NCBI GenBank assembly: GCA_963796455.1
Contig: CAWCLO010000004.1
Span: 832,001 to 896,000 of the forward strand
Length of the DNA stretch: 64,000 bases
Reading direction: 5' to 3'
Source of the DNA: Candidatus Sulfomarinibacteraceae bacterium
Lineage (GTDB): Bacteria; Acidobacteriota; Thermoanaerobaculia; Thermoanaerobaculales; Sulfomarinibacteraceae
Of this stretch, positions 58,603-64,000 are shown piece by piece. Position numbers and translations under genes: made by a program. The notes under the pieces were generated by a model. It searched no databases. It had not been told where the DNA came from and saw nothing but the letters and a program-made list of their open reading frames with translations. The first letter of the stretch is position 1, and every line of letters starts with the position of its first letter.

Positions 58603-59825
58603 AAACCAGTTGCTGCGCTCCAGCAGCGTTGCTGATGATGCTTGTTGCCGGCCTGTTCGGCAGCGGCTGCGGCGTTGAGCAGAGCGACGCGGCCACATTC
58701 GATCGGATCACGGTGCAGCCCTTGCAGGCTTTCCATCCGCCGATCCAGACCGTTGTCCGCTCCGGCGACACCATCGAAAGCGTCAGCCGCCGTCTGGCCG
58801 GGCCGGACTGGATTCAGTGGCGGGATGTACTGGTCGCGGAAATCGATCCAAAGCGTTTGTTTCCCGGAACCGCGTTTCACGGTTTTCGCTCCCCGGCGGG
58901 ACGCCTCGAGCACCTCGAGGTGGTCTTCGATCGCCGAACCGAGGTCCACTTCAACTCGGGGGACGACGGGATTCTGGTCGATCACATCCAGCGGCCGATC
59001 GCGAGTGAAGAATTGCGGATCGTCGGTGTTGTCGAATCGTCGCTCTTCGGCGCGATGGACGCCGCCGGTGGAAATCCCGAACTGGCGGTTCGGGTAGCCC
59101 AGATCTATCAGTGGGACATCGACTTTCTCCGCGATCTCCGCAAGGGCGATCAGTTCGTCGTTGTGGTTGAAAAACAATTGGTGGCGGGGGAGTTCTACGG
59201 TTGGGGAACCATCTATGCGACCCGATTCGTCAACGGCAGCCGGACACTCGACGCCGTGGTCTATCCCGACAATGACGGCCAGTTGGGCTATTTCGATCTC
59301 GAGGGCCGGCCGCTGCGCAAACAGTTTCTGCGCTCGCCGCTCAAGTTCAGCCGGATCACCTCGCGCTTCAGCATGAGCCGCTTCCACCCGGTGCTCAAAC
59401 GGCGCATGCCGCACTACGGGGTGGACTATGGCGCACCTTCCGGGACACCGGTTCTGGTGACCGCGGACGGTACGGTCAGATTCGCCGGGCGCAAGGGCGG
59501 CGGCGGCAACATGGTGACGGTTCGTCATACCAACGGCTACGAAACCAACTACCTCCATCTTCGAGGCTTCGCCAAGGGCGTCCGCCGCGGTGCCAGGGTG
59601 CATCAGGGGCAGGTGGTTGGATACGTTGGTTCGACAGGGCTATCTACCGGCCCGCACCTCGACTACCGGGTCCAGTTGAACGGCAAATGGATCAACCCGC
59701 TTTCGATTTCGTCGCCCCCGGTCAAACCGCTGACTACCGATCGACTGAAGCGATTCCTGTCGCACGCGTTGGCCATTCTCTCGCTGATTGAAGGTGAGGA
59801 GCCTCCGGCCGGAGCCCGTTGTTGA
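58599..59825 (+). CDS. M23 family peptidoglycan DD-endopeptidase
   Basis: HYGVDYGAP, YLHL, STGPHLDY. Confidence 0.92.
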   Translation: MKTSCCAPAALLMMLVAGLFGSGCGVEQSDAATFDRITVQPLQAFHPPIQTVVRSGDTIESVSRRLAGPDWIQWRDVLVAEIDPKRLFPGTAFHGFRSPAGRLEHLEVVFDRRTEVHFNSGDDGILVDHIQRPIASEELRIVGVVESSLFGAMDAAGGNPELAVRVAQIYQWDIDFLRDLRKGDQFVVVVEKQLVAGEFYGWGTIYATRFVNGSRTLDAVVYPDNDGQLGYFDLEGRPLRKQFLRSPLKFSRITSRFSMSRFHPVLKRRMPHYGVDYGAPSGTPVLVTADGTVRFAGRKGGGGNMVTVRHTNGYETNYLHLRGFAKGVRRGARVHQGQVVGYVGSTGLSTGPHLDYRVQLNGKWINPLSISSPPVKPLTTDRLKRFLSHALAILSLIEGEEPPAGARC

Positions 59826-60832
59826 AGCCCAAAAAAAGCATCGCGATGATCGCCGAGGCGCCCTGCCGCGCCGATTTTGCAGGCGGAACTCTCGATATCT
59901 GGCCCCTGGGACTGCTGCACGACGGTGCGTTGACGGTCAACGCCGCGATCCCGGTAGCTGTACGCCTTGAAATCGACATCGAAGGACCAACGGGAGAGGT
60001 CTGGCATGCGGTGGGTGACGATACGTGGCGAAAGCTCTCGCGATCAGATGAATGGACCGACTTGACGGCGGCGGTGGCCTTCGCCGTGATGCCGGTGGGT
60101 GGAGTCAGGGTGCGGGTGCTTTCGCAGGCATCCTTGGGCTCCGGGCTCGGTGGTTCGTCGGCCTATGGAGTGGCGCTGGCCCGAGGGATTCTCATCGTTC
60201 GCGCCAAGGAGTTGGCCGATCATCTGCTGGTGGGCCTGGTTCGTGATCTCGAAGCCAGGATTCTCGGTGTTCCGACCGGCGCCCAGGACCACTGGGCGGC
60301 CGTGCGCGGCGGGGTGCTGGCCCTCCACGTCGAAGCGGGCGGCGATCGCATCGAGGCCCTCGATGTGGACCCGGAGTGGCTGGGCGAAAGGATGACCGTG
60401 TTCGACACCGGCATCGCCCACCATTCCGGGATGGTCAACTGGGAGGTCATCCGTCGTCGCCTCGAAGGTGACGAGGCGACCGTGGAGGCCCTCGAAGCAG
60501 TCTCGCAAGCGGCGCAACAATGCCGCCAGGCCCTGCTCGAAGGTGATCAAGAACGGGTGGGTCAGGCGATTGCTTCGGAGTGGTGGAACCGCCGAATCCT
60601 GGCGCCGGAGGTTTGTCCACCGGAACTCGAGACGGTTGTTGTGGCGGGTCTTTCGTCCGGAGCCGCGGCGGTGAAGGCATGTGGCGCCGGTGGTGGAGGA
60701 AGCGTCCTTGTGTGGCATCACCCTGGTGCGCGAGACGAAATCGTCGCCGCTCTGATGACAGCGGCCCCAACGGGCAGGGTCGTCGCCACCGGCATCGAAA
60801 CCACAGGTTGCCGGGTCCTTTACGGCGAGTAG
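59819..60832 (+). CDS. GHMP kinase (heptose-7-phosphate kinase-like)
   Basis: APCRADFAGGTLD, GSGLGGSSA, TGAQD, KACGAGGGG. Confidence 0.9.
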   Translation: MLKPKKSIAMIAEAPCRADFAGGTLDIWPLGLLHDGALTVNAAIPVAVRLEIDIEGPTGEVWHAVGDDTWRKLSRSDEWTDLTAAVAFAVMPVGGVRVRVLSQASLGSGLGGSSAYGVALARGILIVRAKELADHLLVGLVRDLEARILGVPTGAQDHWAAVRGGVLALHVEAGGDRIEALDVDPEWLGERMTVFDTGIAHHSGMVNWEVIRRRLEGDEATVEALEAVSQAAQQCRQALLEGDQERVGQAIASEWWNRRILAPEVCPPELETVVVAGLSSGAAAVKACGAGGGGSVLVWHHPGARDEIVAALMTAAPTGRVVATGIETTGCRVLYGE

Positions 60833-60837
60833 GAAAT

Positions 60838-60918
60838 GTGCGGCCGAGACCGCCGCATCACATTTGTGGTGCAGGCGTCTCGCCTGCACAAAAAACCGCG
60901 GGGCACACCTGCACCCCA
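60838..60918. repeat. REP-like palindromes between convergent genes (may act as terminator)
   Basis: GTGCGGCCGAGACCGCCGCATCAC and GTGGTGCAGGCGTCTCGCCTGCAC, same family as 55477-55529. Confidence 0.65.
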
Positions 60919-60950
60919 CGGTCAAAAACGCTGCGTTGCGTGACTGAATT

Positions 60951-61388
60951 CTATTCCGGAATCTTGAGCTTCTGGCCGACCTTGATGAGATCCGGGTTGT
61001 CGAGGATGTCGCGGTTGGCCTCGAAGATCTTCATGTACGCGCCGGCCTTGCCGTAGTACTTCTGGGCAATGGCGCCGAGGGTGTCGCCGGCCACCACTTC
61101 GTAGACCCGCTCTTCGACCACCGGTTCTGGCGCCGGCGCGGGTGCCGGTTCGGGGGCTTTCTCGACTTCGATGGCGTTGACGATATTCTCCGCCTTGACC
61201 ACCTGATCGAGTTTTTGCATCGCCAGATTCGCTGCATCACGGCTTTCGGCTTTGCCTTTGAGGGTGATGACTTTGCCCCGGACTTCGGCGCGCAGGCCGC
61301 TCACTCCCGGAGTTGTCGCCCCCACATCATTGATCGCTTCACTTACCTGGTCATCAAAACTCTTTCCGAACAGATCGAAGAGACCCAT
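60951..61388 (-). CDS. BON + LysM domain protein (Kbp/YgaU-like)
   Basis: MGLFDLFGK; YEVVAGDTLGAIAQKYYG...IFEANR...PDLIKVGQKLKIP; AAGGAG RBS. Confidence 0.9.
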   Translation of the reverse strand: MGLFDLFGKSFDDQVSEAINDVGATTPGVSGLRAEVRGKVITLKGKAESRDAANLAMQKLDQVVKAENIVNAIEVEKAPEPAPAPAPEPVVEERVYEVVAGDTLGAIAQKYYGKAGAYMKIFEANRDILDNPDLIKVGQKLKIPE

Positions 61389-61490
61389 CTTCGACACTCC
61401 TTTCTTCGCGCTTCGTTGTGGTGGCGCCACTATAGCAGCACTTTCGGGGGTGGGTATACTCGGCTCACACTCGGCCCGCCGGAGGAATGA

Positions 61491-63800
61491 ATGAGTGATC
61501 CCGATCTGTATCTGGGCAAGGAACTCGGTGGAGACGAACGGGTCCATCTCGACATGGACCATCTGACCACTCACGCGGTCTGCGTGGGGATGACCGGTTC
61601 GGGCAAAACCGGGCTCGGGATCGTCGCCCTCGAAGAGTTGGCTCGCCGCGGCACCTCGCTTCTCGTTGTCGATCTCAAGGGCGACATGGTGGATCTGTTG
61701 CTCAACTTCCCGTCCCTCGAGGGCGAGGACTTCGCGCCCTGGGTGCCCCCGGATGCGATCGAAGGTGGAGACCGCGCCGCGGTGGCTCAGGCGCAGGCTG
61801 ATTTCTGGCGTCAGGGCCTGGCCGGTTCGGGTCTCGGCCCGGACGAGATGCGCGAGGTCCGGGACGGTGTGAAATGGCAGCTCATCACGCCCGGGTCCGG
61901 CGCCGCTGCACCACTCGACATCCTGCCCGCACTGGCAGTACCGGCGGGTTGGGACCCCGAAAAGGACCCCGACGGTGCAACTGATCGGGTCAACGGTCTG
62001 ACGGCCGCCCTGTTGTCGCTGGTTGGACGCGGTGGCGATTATCTTGCCGACCGGGACCACGTTTTGACCGCCTCGGTGATCCTCGAGCACTGGCGGCGGG
62101 GCGATGCACTCGATCTTCCGGGGTTGTTGGGCAGTCTCGTCGAGCCGCCGATGGACACTCTGGGCGCGTTGTCGCTGGAGATCTTCTACCCGCGTGATGA
62201 ACGGATGAAGCTGGTGATGGCGCTGAATACGTTACTCGCCTCACCGGCCTTCTCGGCCTGGACCGAGGGTGTTCCGATGGATATGGACCACCTGCTGGGT
62301 AGTCCCGAGGCGCCGCGCGCGAGCATCGTGTCCATCGCCCACCTGGACGAACGACAACGGCACTTCGTGATCGCCATGCTGGTCTCCGAGTTGGTGGCCT
62401 GGATGCGCCGCCAGCCCGCGTCCTCCGGTTTGCGCGCGCTGCTTTATATGGATGAGGTCATGGGGATCGTGCCGCCCTATCCGAAAAACCCGCCCACCAA
62501 GGGCCCGCTGCTGACGCTTTTCAAACAGGGGCGCGCCTACGGCGTCGGCGCCTGGGTGGCGACCCAGAACCCCGTCGATCTCGATTACAAGGCGCTCGGA
62601 AATGCCGGCGTCAAGCTGGTGGGGCGACTGATCACCGACCGCGATCGCGAACGGGCCCTGGAAGGCCTCGGAATGAACGAACTGCCCGATGGTCGAGACG
62701 CCGATGAGGTGGTCGCTGCTCTCGGTAAGCGCGAGTTCGTGCTTACCGATGTTCGGGCCAAAAAGCGGGTCCGCACCCTCTCTTCTCGCTGGGCGATGAG
62801 CTACCTGCGCGGGCCGGTGACTCTGACCGAGATGGGGCCGCTTCTGCCGAAGGCTCCGATCGAAGTGGGCGAGAGCTCCTCGGAACCTACGCCTCAACAG
62901 GCTGCCGTCGGTCGGAGCCAGGCGCCGCCGGTGGCCGCCAAAGTGGCGGTTGCCTACGCTACGGGTTCTTCCGGCCTCGCGGCGCCCAGTCTTTTGATCC
63001 GCAACCGACTGAGCGTCCAGCGCACGACCCTCGGCCTCTATCGCGAGGTCGAAGAGGTCTGGAGAATTTACTCCCGGGACGACGGACGGCTGCAGTGGGA
63101 AGAAGCTGAATCGCTGCTCGAGGTGCCGGATATCGAAGAACGTCCTTCGCGAGACATGACCTTCCCCGATGCTCTTCCCGGACGCCTTTCGGACAGCTTC
63201 AAAAAGGCAGAGGGTGAGTTCAAGACCTTTCGTGCACGAAACCCATTGCTGCTGCAGGTCAACTCCAAACTCAAGCTGGTTGCGGAGCCGGGCGAAACCA
63301 ACGAAGCCTTTCTCGAGCGCTGCCTCTTTTTTGCCGACAAGGCCGACGACGCAGCCCAGGAGCGGGCGCGGAAAAAATTCGAAAAACGGATGAAGACGGT
63401 TCAGAAGCGCCTGGCCAAGGAACGAGACGAACTCGACAAGGATCAGACGCAACTGGATTCGCGCAAAACCGAAGAAAAGATGGGGATGGTGGAAGGCCTG
63501 TTTTCGGTTTTGCTCGGTTCAAAGAACATCAGTTCGGCCTCTCGCAAAGCGGCGACCAAATTCAAGACTGCGTCCAGCAAACGCCGGATGCGCCAGAGCG
63601 CCGAGGCGGCCGTGACCGAATCGATCAACGAGATTGAACGTCTCGAGGAGGAAATCGAGGATCTCGCCGAGGAGATGCAGGAGGAGATCGATCGCATCGC
63701 GATCGAGTCGGAGGAGAAGGCTGAACAGATCGAAGAGACGGCGGTCAAGGCCAAAAAGGCTGACATCAGCGTGCTCGATCTTTGGCTTTTGTGGGAGTGA
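61491..63800 (+). CDS. HerA/FtsK-like P-loop ATPase with C-terminal coiled coil
   Basis: GMTGSGKT, LYMDE, KQGRAYG, ATQNPVDLDYK. Confidence 0.9.
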   Translation: MSDPDLYLGKELGGDERVHLDMDHLTTHAVCVGMTGSGKTGLGIVALEELARRGTSLLVVDLKGDMVDLLLNFPSLEGEDFAPWVPPDAIEGGDRAAVAQAQADFWRQGLAGSGLGPDEMREVRDGVKWQLITPGSGAAAPLDILPALAVPAGWDPEKDPDGATDRVNGLTAALLSLVGRGGDYLADRDHVLTASVILEHWRRGDALDLPGLLGSLVEPPMDTLGALSLEIFYPRDERMKLVMALNTLLASPAFSAWTEGVPMDMDHLLGSPEAPRASIVSIAHLDERQRHFVIAMLVSELVAWMRRQPASSGLRALLYMDEVMGIVPPYPKNPPTKGPLLTLFKQGRAYGVGAWVATQNPVDLDYKALGNAGVKLVGRLITDRDRERALEGLGMNELPDGRDADEVVAALGKREFVLTDVRAKKRVRTLSSRWAMSYLRGPVTLTEMGPLLPKAPIEVGESSSEPTPQQAAVGRSQAPPVAAKVAVAYATGSSGLAAPSLLIRNRLSVQRTTLGLYREVEEVWRIYSRDDGRLQWEEAESLLEVPDIEERPSRDMTFPDALPGRLSDSFKKAEGEFKTFRARNPLLLQVNSKLKLVAEPGETNEAFLERCLFFADKADDAAQERARKKFEKRMKTVQKRLAKERDELDKDQTQLDSRKTEEKMGMVEGLFSVLLGSKNISSASRKAATKFKTASSKRRMRQSAEAAVTESINEIERLEEEIEDLAEEMQEEIDRIAIESEEKAEQIEETAVKAKKADISVLDLWLLWE

Positions 63801-63806
63801 GGGATC

Positions 63807-63878
63807 GAGCAGAGGAGCAGAGGAGCAGAGGAGCAGAGGAGCAGAGGAGCAGAGGAGCAGAGGAGCAGAGGAGCAGAG
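63807..63878 (+). repeat. Octamer tandem repeat (GAGCAGAG) x 9
   Basis: Direct reading. Confidence 0.92.
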
Positions 63879-63963
63879 GAGACCTTGCCCTTATCACGTT
63901 GATCGACCCGCGATGATCTCCTTTTGCCCTCATCCGGAACTGAATCGGTGGGTCGTTTCAAGA

Positions 63964-64000
63964 TGTCATCCTGAGCGAAGCGCTTTCGGCGCGCAGTCGA
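63964..64000 (+). repeat. Start of another TGTCATCCTGAGCG palindrome copy (truncated by window end)
   Basis: ATGTCATCCTGAGCGAAGCGCTTTCGGCGCGCAGTCGA. Confidence 0.85.

Noticed and set aside
49366..63452. Long antisense ORFs (49366-50781 5' part, 50675-51682, 51837-52976, 58494-59603, 62241-63452)
   Set aside because: Shadow frames of well-supported genes in GC-rich DNA
61491..63800. HerA-based anti-phage system
   Set aside because: No adjacent Sir2, nuclease or other effector is visible; the context is housekeeping-like

Overview
GC-rich bacterial chromosomal window. Tentatively Acidobacteriota (Thermoanaerobaculia-like), inferred only from protein motifs. About 72% of it (1-46.6 kb) is one minus-strand run of small genes. 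From ~12.9 to ~46.1 kb these genes are separated by about 55 attC-type recombination sites that I mapped by eye. Most are a very homogeneous 68-75 bp family, with two minor longer families. A 5'-truncated integron integrase remnant (46610-46935; IntI patch and catalytic residues visible) sits upstream of the array in the SAME orientation as the cassettes. This looks like a reverse-type superintegron whose own integrase has decayed. Distal to ~14.9 kb the genes continue but the attC sites erode, and two appear collapsed by deletion between their internal GGTCCG repeats. Cargo includes three TA modules, several putative contact-toxin immunity proteins, VOC/GFA/GNAT enzymes, TrmO, Tag and many unknown membrane or lipoproteins. 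The only plus-strand gene in the array is a four-helix-bundle gene enclosed in nested inverted repeats. The right 17 kb holds ordinary genes: ion channel, two PQQ-type sugar dehydrogenases, AlkA, YcaQ, GMC oxidoreductase, M23 peptidase, GHMP kinase, BON/LysM and a HerA-like ATPase. These are separated by elaborate non-coding composite repeat islands. Several single-base frameshifts may be assembly errors. No rRNA, tRNA or CRISPR was recognised. All family calls are from motif recognition, not database searches.
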